A stretch of 63,885 nucleotides of DNA, the filler included, from Malassezia furfur (lineage: Eukaryota), in assembly GCA_052055015.1 (NCBI GenBank). It is 3 parts of 3 records of this genome, joined end to end, with 100 filler letters (N's around TTAATTAATTAA, not from the genome) between each part and the next. Parts side by side here need not be neighbours in the genome. Positions count along the whole stretch, not along the records: positions 44,994 to 63,885 come from JBQJIT010000198.1; 2 more parts are not named here. One strand, 5' to 3'. Of the stretch, positions 44,994 to 55,772 are shown in pieces. The first letter of the stretch is position 1; every line of letters starts with the position of its first letter. The notes under the pieces are model-generated. The model did not search any database, had not been told where the DNA came from, and saw only the letters and a list, made by a program, of their open reading frames with translations. The position numbers were made by a program, and so were the translations under genes.

Positions 44994-47900
44994 CGCGCGC
45001 CCCTGCGCCGTCGCGCGACGTGCTCGGCAGTCACAGCGCGTCGCGCTCGCGCGACCGCTCGCAGGAGCGCCGGGGAGAGCATGACGGCGTATACTCGCGC
45101 GCAATTGTGCTTTGGACGCACCAGCCGCCCAATTTCTCGACGCACAGCTTCGTGCTCAACCCGGCGTACGGCCTCCCCCAGGTGTCCGACGCCGAGCTCC
45201 TCATGGTCACCGACGAGCAGGGCTGGGACGCGATGTGCGCCACGCCCAGTGACACGCCGAGCGCGGGTGGCGCACACCGCGCCGCCGCCGGCGGCGCTCG
45301 TGCCGCGCGCATGCGTCGCGCGCTCGTCTTTACCCCGCAGCAGGCGCTCGCCGATACCGAGGTGATCAGCAAGCAGAATCAGCTGCAGCTGAGTATCGCG
45401 AATAGCATCGCGGGGCTGTACGGCCTCGCGAACCGCGCCGAAGCCGTGCTGTGCCGCACGTCGCGTGCGGCGCACACGATCGAGCACGTCGAGCTGTACT
45501 TCAAGGACCAGTACATTGGGCGCTCGGACATGTGGCGCCTGAGCACGTCGCTGGTGGACCAGTGCGTGTACGTCGGGCAAAAGATCCAGATGCCCGCGGG
45601 GATGCGCGCGACCGTCGGACGCCTGTACGTCGCGGGGCAGCGCGCGCTGTCCGGCTACGTCGCGCCCTCGACCAAGGCCGTGTTCCGCTCCGAGTCGGCC
45701 AAGTACGACATCCTCATCCAGATGAGCCAGGAGATGTGGGAGTTTGACGAGGGCGGCGAGATCTACTACGAAAAGGTCCTGCACGGCTTCCTGCCGGACC
45801 TGCTCGCCAAGTGGGACACCATCGGCACGAACCACGTCGTGTCAATCGTGCTCTTCACACGCGTGCACTACGCCAAGGAGGAGCGCGCGCGTCTCGAGGG
45901 GCTTCCCGTGCAGCAGGTAGCTGCGACGGGGCAGCTGTACGTCGACTACTACAAGGTGATCATCGACCTCGAGTCCAACACGCACTGGCCGTCGGTCATG
46001 CGCGTGCTCAAGGAGGAGTTTTTCCGCTTCCAGCACGACATCCTCCTGCAGCCGCGGCGCGGCGCGGCGGGGCACGTCGCGCCCCCCGCGCCCAACGGCG
46101 ACGCGTGCATCGATGCCGCGGCGATCGGTGGGCGCGTCATCCTCGGCGAGCTGGCGCACGCACACGAGGGCAACGTGCTGGAGGCCATCAACCTTGCGCT
46201 CAACCCGTTCGACCAGCACTACATCGACCGCGACCTGACGCGCACGGGCTTTGAGCTGGTGGTGATCACCGCAGGCACGGGCCACTTCCACGTCGACAAG
46301 GCGCTGCTGCGCACGACGACGCAGCGCATGTCGGAGATCGGGCTGTCGGTCGACCTGGTGTGCCTTGCGCAGATGCCGCTGCATACCGCGCCGATCTTTT
46401 ACTTCCGGTCCGCGCCCGCGCCGCCACGCAGGGAGAGCATGGCGACGCTCGCGCCGGGGGGCAGCGGCGCCAAGGCGCTCGCACGCTCGCCGTCGCTCGC
46501 CGAGGCGCCGCTGTACACCGACACGGCGCCCAAGGGCGACGAGGTGCAGACGTTCTACATCATGCCCTACTGGATCAACTGCTCCTTCTACAGCCAGGAC
46601 CCCGACCGCCCGTACCGCGCGGACCGTTTTGTGCCGCGCTGCAAGATGGATGCCATGCGTATGCTCGACTTGCTCGGCAGCGGGCACCAGGACATCTCGA
46701 TTCCCTACCTCGACCTCCCGCCGGACGCGCAGACCGCGCCGAGCGCAGCCGTGCGGCGCGCTGCGCGCGAGCGCTTTGATGCGGACGTGTTTCGTAGTGT
46801 CGGCCGTGCGTCTGCGCCCGGGGTCGGGTCGCCCCCCGCGGGGTCGGCGGTGCATCGCGCGTCGGGCAAAACGCCCACTCCTGCTGCAACGCCGAGCGCG
46901 ACGCCGGGAGCGACGCCGGGGGCGACGCCAGGCGCGACGCCGGGCGGGATCCCCGGCGTGCTACCGATCGCGCGCGCGCGCGCACTGTCGCCTGCGCCGA
47001 TGTCGACGTCGCAGACGCCTACGGGCATACCAGGCACGCCGACGGCGATGGAGCGCAGCGTGTCGCGCGAGCGGGGGCGGGCAGCGGCGCCCGGGCCACC
47101 GAGTCGCACGCCGTCGCCGCGGGGCGCGGGCCATGTACGCAGCGTGCGCAGCGTGTCGCGCGTGCGCCCCGCGTCGGTCGCGTCGTCGCATGCGTCGTAC
47201 GCGACGCTGCTCGAGACCGCCGGCAAGGCGCCTGCGAGTGTTGCCGAGACGGTCACCTCGCTCGTGGCGATGCCGAGTGAGCTGAGTGTGCCGGGTGCGC
47301 GCGCGCCGCCGCCGTCGCGCTTGCGCGCCGTGTTCGCCCGGCTCGGGTGGGGCGCGTCGGGGCGTGTGTCGGGGCGTGCGACGACCAATGCGCGCGACGC
47401 GTCCGCGCTCATCTCGACGGCCCTGGCGCGTGGGCGCGACGACGTTTCCCAGCGCGCGGGCGTGCTGGCGGTGCGCACCGCCGACGAGGGCGTGCAGCTG
47501 GCCGAGGCGGCGCCGCTGCTGTTTGCGCACGACGACGACGCGTCGAGTGTGGGCGGCCTGCCGGTGGGCAGCGACGAGGACACCGACGTGCGTGCGCCGC
47601 TGGTGAACCCAAGCAACCCCCGGACGACGGCGGGCCCGACGCGCGATGCGCTGCTCCTGCGGTGGCAGCACGTGTTTCTTGCGCGCACGAACCACCATGC
47701 GGTCAAGTGGTGGTCGATGACGTCGCCGGCGTGCCTGCCGCTCACGACGCAGCATTTGCCGAGCGCCGCGGAGCTGCAGTGTGCGTGGGAAGAGTACCCC
47801 TACTCCATCTCGGTGTACTCCGACGCGATGTCCTTCCTGCTGAAGCGTGGCACGTCGACCTCGCCGGCGCTCGCCATCCTGCGCGAGATGTGCGCGCAGC

Positions 47901-49834
47901 GCCTCTCGCAGGGTTTCCAGTTTGTCGAGCGCCCCGTGCCGCGCCTCGACACGGACGGCGCGGGCGCCGGCGCGCGCCCGGTGGTGCTGCGGCACCCCGC
48001 GGAGCTGCTGCGCCCCGGCAACTTTTCCACGGGCGACCCGATCTACCTGAGCACCACGAACCAGATCCACTGCATCACCTACCACCGGCAGGCGGGCATG
48101 ATCCAGGTGAAGCGCTACCTCAAAAAGACGCCGTACAGCACTGCGCCCGTGCCGTACCGGTGCTGCATCTGGCCGCGCTACTTCTCGGGGTACCAGGCGC
48201 ACGGCGCGCAGTTCGTGCACCCCGACCCCCACGCGTACAACTGGACCTACCTCGACTCGCTCATCGCCGGCTACGAGGAGTCGCTCACCGAGGCGACGCG
48301 CTACTGGCGTGCACGCTTCGTCCTCGTCCCCGCCGAGGGCTCGCCGCCGGCGATGACCGCCAGCACCGGCGAGCGGCTGAGCGACGAGGAGGTGCGCCTG
48401 CTCGGCACGGATCGCCTCGCGGAGCTCTTTGCGCGTGCCGAGTACGTGCCGCCCGGTGCGCCGCGCCCCGAGCGCGGCGCGGCGCTGCGCTTCTTGCCCA
48501 CGACGCTCGACGCAAGCAGCAGCATGCTCGACGAGCAGTTCGTGCAGGCGCTCCTTGCGATCAACCGCAAGCTGATGCAGCGGCGCACCGAGCCGCGGCG
48601 CGTGCACCGCGAGGCGCGCATGCGCCCGCTCGCGACGCTCGCCACCGAGCTGGTCGCCAGCGCCGCGGAGCTGCAGGTGCACGACCGGCTGTGGCAGCGC
48701 GTGCTGTACCGCGACACGTTCACCGGCGCGGACCTCGTCAGCTACCTGTGCCGCGCCTACGACGACATCCGCACGCGCGACGACGCCGTGCAGCTCGGGC
48801 GCCAGCTGCAGGCCGAGGGGTACGTCGAGCACGTGCTGGGCGTGCACGGCTTCCTGGACGGGCACTACTTTTACCGGCTCGGCGCGCGCGCGCGGCGCAT
48901 GGCGGGCGACCCGGCTCAGCCTGCGCGCGCACACGGCGCGGCGGCAGAGCGCCGCGAGCTGCGCCGCCTGCGCATGAGCCGCTCGATGCTGATTGATCTG
49001 GACCCGGGCCGCAAGAGCGACCGGGCGGAGATCGCGGTGCTGCACCACGACCTCGCGCACAACGCCGAGAACGGATTCAACTTCCAGATCCACTGGCTCG
49101 GCACGACGGCGCGCCTCATCGAGGACGTGGTGCAGGCATGGACACGGGCCGTGGAGCGCTACGGACTGCGCCTCATCGAGGCGCCCATCGGGCAGATCAA
49201 GGACGTCGGCCTGCACAACCCGTTCCAGGCGCCGCTGCCCATCGCGCTCGCGCTGCCGCCGCCCGCGCGCGCCGAGTACGCACACCTCGTGGAGCGCACG
49301 CGCCTCGCGAGCAACGACGCCGAGGCCGGCGAGCCGGCGGACGACACGGAGCGCTGGCTCTACCGCCACGTGCTCGCCGGCTACGCGACGCAGACCGACC
49401 AGCTGTTTGAGATTGCGCTGCTGCGCCACTTTGGCTTTGTGCTCGACCAGGAGGCCGCGTCACGCTACCCTACGCACGTCCAGCTCGAGTACTCCTCGCG
49501 CCCCACGCACTTTGACTACTCGCAGTTTGTGCACCGCTCGGGCATCGCATTTGTGCAGGTGCGCAGCGGGCGCGACGGCTTTCTCTGGCTGCACAACCGC
49601 CTGTTCACCTCGCACATCCACACGCCCAAGCCGGCGCTGCCAGGCAAGCCCGCAGCGCCGCCACCGGACCCGGACGAGCTGCGCCGTACCTTTCAGCGGT
49701 TTTGCGACGACCGCGCCGCCCTCGGCGCATTTTATCGCTCCGTATGGGCCGCTCTCGAGCGCCTTGCCGGGCCCATGCATGCGCACACGCACACGCGCGC
49801 GGCGGCCGGCGCGTCGGCGCGCGCCGCTCCTTAG
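44994..49834 (+). CDS. IML1: Iml1/Sea1/DEPDC5 (GATOR1/SEACIT subunit), 5'-truncated
   Basis: HVELYFKDQYIGRSDMWR, VFRSESAK..IQMSQEMWEF, GNVLEAINLA, TSPACLPLTT, DEP domain (FTGADLVSYL..FLDGHYFY), QFVHRSG. Confidence 0.95.
46886..46945 (+). repeat. 12-nt coding repeat (ATPG/ATPS units) within IML1
   Basis: About five GCGACGCCGGGN-like units. Confidence 0.7.
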
Positions 49835-50013
49835 AATCGCTTCTTGAGATGCGTCTGTACACACGCGCGGAATGCGGCAAACTCGGCCTCACACACGCCA
49901 CGCTCGATCTGTTGGTAGTGCGCAAGCATGCACTGGCCGTACTGCTCCGCCTGCGCGCTGCACGCGCCCATCGCCACGCCCCACTTGCGCAGCGGCGCGA
50001 GGTGCCGGGGCAT
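49831..50013 (-). CDS. NDUFAF8-like twin-Cys complex I assembly factor
   Basis: 60 aa, CSAQAEQYGQCM...I.RGVCEAEFAAFRACV (twin CX9C pattern). Confidence 0.78.
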   Translation of the reverse strand: MPRHLAPLRKWGVAMGACSAQAEQYGQCMLAHYQQIERGVCEAEFAAFRACVQTHLKKRF

Positions 50014-50051
50014 CGTGCGTAGAAGTCACGTGCCTCACGCACACCACCGCC

Positions 50052-51365
50052 ATGTTCCAAGCGGTGTATGCGGCGGTGGTCGCCGCCGCGTCGCGGCTGA
50101 CCCTGTCGATGTCGCCGCGCGAAAACCTGCGCAAGCTGCGTGAATACCACATGGGACGTGCCGAGCGGCTCAAGTATGGATTCATGGCCGTCATCGCGCT
50201 GTTTGCCGTGACGGTGATCCGCGAACCGCCCATGCCGTACAAGCTGCTGCCGCCCATCCTGTACGCACTCGCGCTACTCTTCCCCATCTCGTCGCAGTTC
50301 ATTCTGCCTGCGTCACCTATTCTCCTCTGGCTCCTGCTGTTCTACTCGTGTCGCTTCATTCCGGCCAGCACGCGGCCTCACATCTGGGTGTCGGTGCTGC
50401 CGACGCTCGAGACGATCTGGTACGGCGCCAACATCAGCGACATCCTCACGCGCTTCGGGCACCCAGCGCTCGATATCCTCGCCTGGATCCCGTACGGCGT
50501 CGTGCACTTTGTCGCACCGTTCGTCGTGGCCGCGTTCATCTTTGTGTACGCGCCGGTGGGCAGCGTCAAGTGGTTCGCCAACGTGTTTGGCTTCACCAAC
50601 CTCATTGGCGTCTTGACCCAGATCGCGTTCCCCTGCGCGCCGCCGTGGTACGAGCTGCGCGAAGGCCTCACGCCCGCCAACTACGGCATGCGTGGCTCGC
50701 CAGCCGGCCTGGCGCGGATCGACGCGCTCTTCAAGGGGCACGGCTACACACTCACCTTTACGGGCGCGCCCATGGTGTTCGGCGCGTTCCCGTCGCTGCA
50801 CGCGGCGTGCGCGACGGTCGAGTCGCTCTTTTTGTCCTACTTCTTCCCGGGCAAGATCCATGTCGGGCGCTTCGCGATCGACAAGCGCGTGTTCTACTGG
50901 GGATACAGCTTCTGGCTGTACTGGTGCACCATGTACCTCATGCACCACTACCTCATTGACCTCGTCGCCGGCGGGTGCCTGGCCACCATGTGCTTCTACG
51001 TGTTCCGCACCGAGTCGGTGCGCAATGCCATGGAGCAGCGTCTTGCGGCCATGGAGCGCGCCGAGGGCCACGAGCCCGAGACGGTCGCCCTTGATCGCAT
51101 GGGCCATGCGCACCTCGTCTCCCACCCGGCGCGGCCACACGACGAGGAGGAAAAGGCGGCGTCCCAACGGCCCACCATCTTCACGCTCGACGAGAGCGAC
51201 GACACGCCGGGGCCGGACCTCGCACGAACACGCTCGCCCAACTTCCTTGCCGCAGACACGGCCGTTGCATCCCAATCGGGCCGCGCCGGGACCGGCCACG
51301 CCATCTCCCGCCCGGCCAGCAGCGCGTCGAACCGCGCGGGCAGCAGTAGCGCCGTAGCTGACTAA
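50052..51365 (+). CDS. AUR1: Inositol phosphorylceramide synthase (aureobasidin A target)
   Basis: RPHIWVSVLPTLETIWYGANISDIL, LAWIPYGVVHF, FPCAPPWY, GLARID, FGAFPSLH, MYLMHHYLIDL. Confidence 0.95.
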   Translation: MFQAVYAAVVAAASRLTLSMSPRENLRKLREYHMGRAERLKYGFMAVIALFAVTVIREPPMPYKLLPPILYALALLFPISSQFILPASPILLWLLLFYSCRFIPASTRPHIWVSVLPTLETIWYGANISDILTRFGHPALDILAWIPYGVVHFVAPFVVAAFIFVYAPVGSVKWFANVFGFTNLIGVLTQIAFPCAPPWYELREGLTPANYGMRGSPAGLARIDALFKGHGYTLTFTGAPMVFGAFPSLHAACATVESLFLSYFFPGKIHVGRFAIDKRVFYWGYSFWLYWCTMYLMHHYLIDLVAGGCLATMCFYVFRTESVRNAMEQRLAAMERAEGHEPETVALDRMGHAHLVSHPARPHDEEEKAASQRPTIFTLDESDDTPGPDLARTRSPNFLAADTAVASQSGRAGTGHAISRPASSASNRAGSSSAVAD

Positions 51366-51398
51366 GCCCACCCCGCCGGGCGCGTCTCCACGTCGCCC

Positions 51399-52494
51399 AT
51401 GTCGTTTGCAGGCAAGCTCGTGAAGATCACGCTGCGCAGCGGCGAGTCTTACCCGGCGAGAATCGTACATGTGGATCCAACGAGCGCAACACTGACCGTC
51501 GAGCGCTCCGACACAAACACCACCGAGCATGTCCGCCGCGACGCCCTCCAGGACGTAAGCATCGTCAGCGAAGGTTCTGCGGCGGCTGCAACCGCCGCTG
51601 CGCAGGCGCCTGCTATGGCAGCTGCAGCACCAGCGGCCACCGGGACGCCGCCTACCACGGAAAAGAAAAAGCGTAACAAGGCGAAAAAGGCGCCTGCGTC
51701 GGGCCCGACGCCAGCGTCGGCGTCGACACCGGCGTCGGCACCGGCGCCGCCCGCGCATCCCTACCTGGAAGAGTTTGACTATACCAAGAGCACACAGAGC
51801 TTTGACAAGAAGAAAGCGTGGGAAGAGATTCGTGTATGTGCCCCATGCCCCTGCGGCTGACCTTTAGCAAAGCCAGGCGGGTCGTTCGTCCGACCCCCTC
51901 TTGGTTCAGCTTAACCGGCGGCCTGCGACCGAGTCGCGGCAGCCGATGCTTGCGCCGAACGAGATGGTTCTCAGTCCGAGCGAGATTGAGCAGGCACGCG
52001 CAGCTGGCCAACTCGAAAGTGCCATGCCACCGCCGCCCAACGATCGCAATAGCGCGGACGCAGCGACTGCGGCGCTGTCGGCGGCCGAGACGGAGCTGTC
52101 GTCGCTCCGTTCACAGCTGAAGCACGCGCGCAAGCGCCAGGCGCTGCTGGAGGCACTGACCGGCGTCCAGGTCGCCGACACGCCCGCCGGTGACGAGTAC
52201 GTCTGCTCGCTGTTTGCCGAACCGCGCATTGCAGCGGCACACTGGCGTGCCAAGTACGTCGCGCCTGCGTCCCTTGACGATACCAAGGCGCTGCGCTACC
52301 GCATGTGCATTCCCGACCTCGACATGCTCGACAAAAACGACCCTGTGATGCTGTCGTACCTGGGTCCGGCCGGCGAGACGGATCCAGAACTGGTGCAACG
52401 GCTTCCAGAGCACTTCCGGGGGCAGGTGAGCGTCAAGGCGGAGAATGCACCGCTGTTTGCGCAGCGCCTGCAGTCCATTGCGCATGGCCCGTAG
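51399..52494 (+). CDS. Edc3-like decapping activator (LSm plus FDF) with an atypical Csm1/Pcs1-like C-terminal domain
   Basis: LSm MSFAGKLVKITLRSG..TLTV; FDF-like EEFDYTKSTQSFDKKKAWEEIR|..LLVQLNR..PNEMVL across intron 51834-51867; no YjeF_N motifs seen. Confidence 0.65.
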
Positions 52495-52496
52495 AT

Positions 52497-53189
52497 CTAC
52501 AAAAACTGCAGAGCGTTGTGCAGCCACTGGGGGCGCGGGTATATCCGTGCAACGACGCGGCCCTTGACCAGCGCGAGCGGCACCGGGCCATAGTGCCGGC
52601 TGTCGGTGCTATTCGCGAGGTTGTCGCCGGCGAGCCAGACGTGGCCCTTGGGGATCGTGACAATGCGTGTCGCATGGTGCAGCCCTTGTGGGCCTTCGAG
52701 CATGCGCGCAAGCTCGTGGTGCGCGGCCGCTGCATCCGTCAGCCCACTCGCCACGTCGCGCGGGTCCACGAGAATCGTGTCGCCGCCCATGCCGAGGATC
52801 CGCTTGCATACCGTGCGCGATGGGTCGGTGGGCGACGTCGCGACGACCATGTCACCAATTTTCAGCCCCTGCCCCATGCTTGGGTCCGTCTTGGCACACG
52901 GCAGCCCCTTAGGCACGGGCGGGAAGCGCTCTTTGAGCTCGGCATCGGCGAACGGCAGCTCAGAGAGGAGGCGCAAGAACGGCAGGCGGAGGTGCACCAC
53001 CAGATCGCCGGACGGCGACAGCGTGGGCAGCATGGACGCGCCTTTGCACTGGGTGAGCGTACGGCGACATACCACGCGCACTTCAAAGATGTGTTGGTTC
53101 ACGAGGTGCACGGTGCACATCATCTGCACCGTGAACACGCTGAGACGCGTCGCCTGGCGCGTCCATTGGCTTGCCTTTGCCCAGGCCAT
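52497..53189 (-). CDS. IMP1: Mitochondrial inner membrane peptidase subunit 1
   Basis: GASMLPTL, VCKRILGMGGD, IPKGHVWLAGDNLANSTDSRHYGPVPLALVKG; in-frame 24-nt intron near 53049-53072. Confidence 0.9.
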   Translation of the reverse strand: MAWAKASQWTRQATRLSVFTVQMMCTVHLVNQHIFEVRVVCRRTLTQCKGASMLPTLSPSGDLVVHLRLPFLRLLSELPFADAELKERFPPVPKGLPCAKTDPSMGQGLKIGDMVVATSPTDPSRTVCKRILGMGGDTILVDPRDVASGLTDAAAAHHELARMLEGPQGLHHATRIVTIPKGHVWLAGDNLANSTDSRHYGPVPLALVKGRVVARIYPRPQWLHNALQFL

Positions 53190-53349
53190 GGCGGCAGCCA
53201 GCGCGTGCTTATTTCCCCACAGCGGAAGTACCGTGCGCGGATCCGGAACGCGGCTCACTTTGCCGCCGAGGGGAACGTCATCAGCCGGGCGCGAAAGAAG
53301 TCGTTTGCACAGAGGGACTCCGATCGCAGTACGATAGCTTCGATACGGC

Positions 53350-54377
53350 ATGACATCACAAGCAGGCCGAAGCTCGCATATGAATGCGCAGGCCCGCGAC
53401 TCTGCGATCGCCGGCGCGAGCGCAGGGCTCGTATCGAGCGTGGTGACGTGTCCCCTCGATGTCATCAAAACGCGTCTCCAGGTCATGGCCGAGCCGGGGA
53501 CCAAGTCGGGAATCTACCGAGTCGGGCGTACGTGTGGCACACTCTCACCCAGACCTCATTAGCCGGATCTGGCACGACGACGGCTTGCGTGGCTATTATC
53601 GTGGCCTGGTGCCCACCATGGTCGGTTACTTGCCAACCTGGGCCATCTACTTTGTGGTCTACGACAAGGGCAAGACATTCTTTTCGTCGCAGCTCGGTAC
53701 GTCGCGCAGGCGCGCTCATACAGGCGAAGGGCGCAAACACGATTTTTTGATCCACATATGCAGCGCCATGACGGCGGGTGTCGTTAGCACGACCTGTACC
53801 AGCCCTTTTTGGGTGGTCAAGACACGGACGATGGTACGTACGCACCGCTTACGCAGCTCCAAACCTCAAAGCAGCCATCCGACCAACGATATAACAACAT
53901 CCTTGATGCGTTCCGCAAAATCTACTTGCGCGAGGGGATCGGCGGCTTTTACAAGGGTCTACTACCGAGCCTCCTGGGCGTATTCCACGTCGTGGTCCAG
54001 TTTCCCCTGTACGAGTACTTCAAAAGCTTGGCTGGTACGTCGTCGCTTGCTCACCTTCAGCCACTCGGCAGCACTCCGACCATCTTTCGCCTACGATGAT
54101 TCTGCTATGCAGTGGCGGCTCGAAAATGCTCGCTTCCATGGCTACATACCCCCACGAGGTGCTGCGCACACGTCTGCAGATGGTCCCCCAGACGGGGCAC
54201 ACTCACTATACCGGCCTCTTCCAGACGATTTCGGTCATCTTCCAGCGAGAGGGCATCCGCGGCTTCTACAAGGGCATGGGCGTGAACCTGATTCGCACCG
54301 TTCCCAACTCAGGGCTTACGCTGCTCACCTACGAGGTGATCATGGGTCGCCTGGAAGCCATGCGCCGACCTCCATAG
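53350..54377 (+). CDS. Mitochondrial carrier, NAD+ transporter (Ndt1/Yia6-like)
   Basis: Three PxD/ExxK/R motifs (CPLDVIKTRLQ, SPFWVVKTR, YPHEVLRTRLQ), GYLPTWAIYF.VYD, HVVVQFPLYE; four short introns. Confidence 0.85.
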
Positions 54378-54402
54378 CGCTCTTCTCCACTTGCCGCATG
54401 GA

Positions 54403-55385
54403 ATGGGGACATACGCAGACTACTTTAATGCACAATACAACGGTCCTACTACGTCCGGCCCTGTGCGCCTCACGATCGGGCGCAACCAACACGGCGTCGA
54501 GGAGGAGCTGACATGGACTGAGGAGGAACTTATGGACCAGGCTGAGGACGAGCCGGAAATGGCGGCCGCTGCCGCGCTGCCCAAGCCTGTCGCACGCAAG
54601 CCGCCGGTGCCGCCTACCATTCTGCACGACGCACCGGCGCCACGCACCCAGCTGCTCCCCTTTCCTACACCCCATAGCATGGTCTGGGTGCTCGATACGT
54701 ACGTGGCCAAGCTCACGCAGCAATGTGTTGCTCAGCTTTCTCGCTCTCCTCCGGCCATTCTTTGACGTGTTGTGGGCTGCGGCTCTGCACAGCTACACGC
54801 CCGTCTACCTTGTTGTCCCACACTGTGTCTTGGAAGAGTTGGACAGCATGAAACACAGCGAACGCCGCTTGGACACCGGTACCGCCGGCGCTGCGGCACG
54901 GAATGCTAGTCGATGGCTGCTCGAGATAGTGCAGCGTCAGAAACACAACCCAGCCGCATACAACCCCGCGCGATGGGTGCTGCATGTACAAACCTCGCCC
55001 ATGTCGGCGCGGCTGGACCATGCCTCCTTGGTAGGTGATGGGGCTGACGCAGACCAATGACCAAGTGATCGTTGCGCTATGTGCCGAGCTAAGTACACGG
55101 CATGCCCAGGTCTACTTTGTGTCCAACGATACCAATGCACGCACCCTTGCCGAGATCCAGGGCGCGGCGACACTCGACCTGAAGCCGATCTCGGCACAGC
55201 TGGCGCCCTCGGCGGCGCAAGCGCAGCGGTTGTTTTGGGTGTGTGCATGCCCCGAATACCACTATCTCCTACACGACCCCCAGCACTGTACAGCACTCTC
55301 CGGCGATGCATGGATGTATATGCAGACCCGCGCCGCGCAGCTCCTGCCCGACCCGGACGCCGACGTCCTCATGGCCGGCGCGTAA
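54403..55385 (+). CDS. PIN-domain RNase (Swt1-like)
   Basis: WVLDT|NVLL, LVVPHCVLEELDSMK, ARNASRWL, NDQVI, FVSNDTNAR; two introns. Confidence 0.8.
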
Positions 55386-55418
55386 ATAGCTCCTCCGCTC
55401 CTTCCACCTCCACTCGCC

Positions 55419-55708
55419 ATGCGGATGATTGAAGTGATCGCTAACGACCGTTTGGGCCGGAAAGTGCGCGTGAAGTGCTCGCCGGACGACACGGTCGGTG
55501 ATCTGAAGAAGCTCATTGCGGCACAGACCGGCACAGCGCCCCAAAAGGTGTGTCTCACGCGCTCATCCAGATCATCCTGAAGAAATGGTACACCACTTTC
55601 AAGGACCACATCACACTCGCCGACTGTACGTGCCCCGACTAACGCCAGACGAGATTCACGACGTATGTCTCTTGCTTACACCAGGGCGACTCGCTCGAGT
55701 TGCATTGA
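55419..55708 (+). CDS. HUB1: Ubiquitin-like splicing modulator Hub1/UBL5
   Basis: [37 protein letters not shown]..|[30 protein letters not shown]; introns 55548-55570, 55626-55648, 55663-55684. Confidence 0.93.
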
Positions 55709-55772
55709 GCCACGAGGGTGGACACGGCGTGCCAGCGGGGACCACGGCCCAGGTTTCCTAGATGTTTCGTCA

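Noticed and set aside
44345..49834. Pre-gap ORF as the N-terminus of IML1
   Set aside because: The Iml1 N-terminal domain begins right after the spacer, the pre-gap peptide shows no Iml1 similarity, and the join is artificial.
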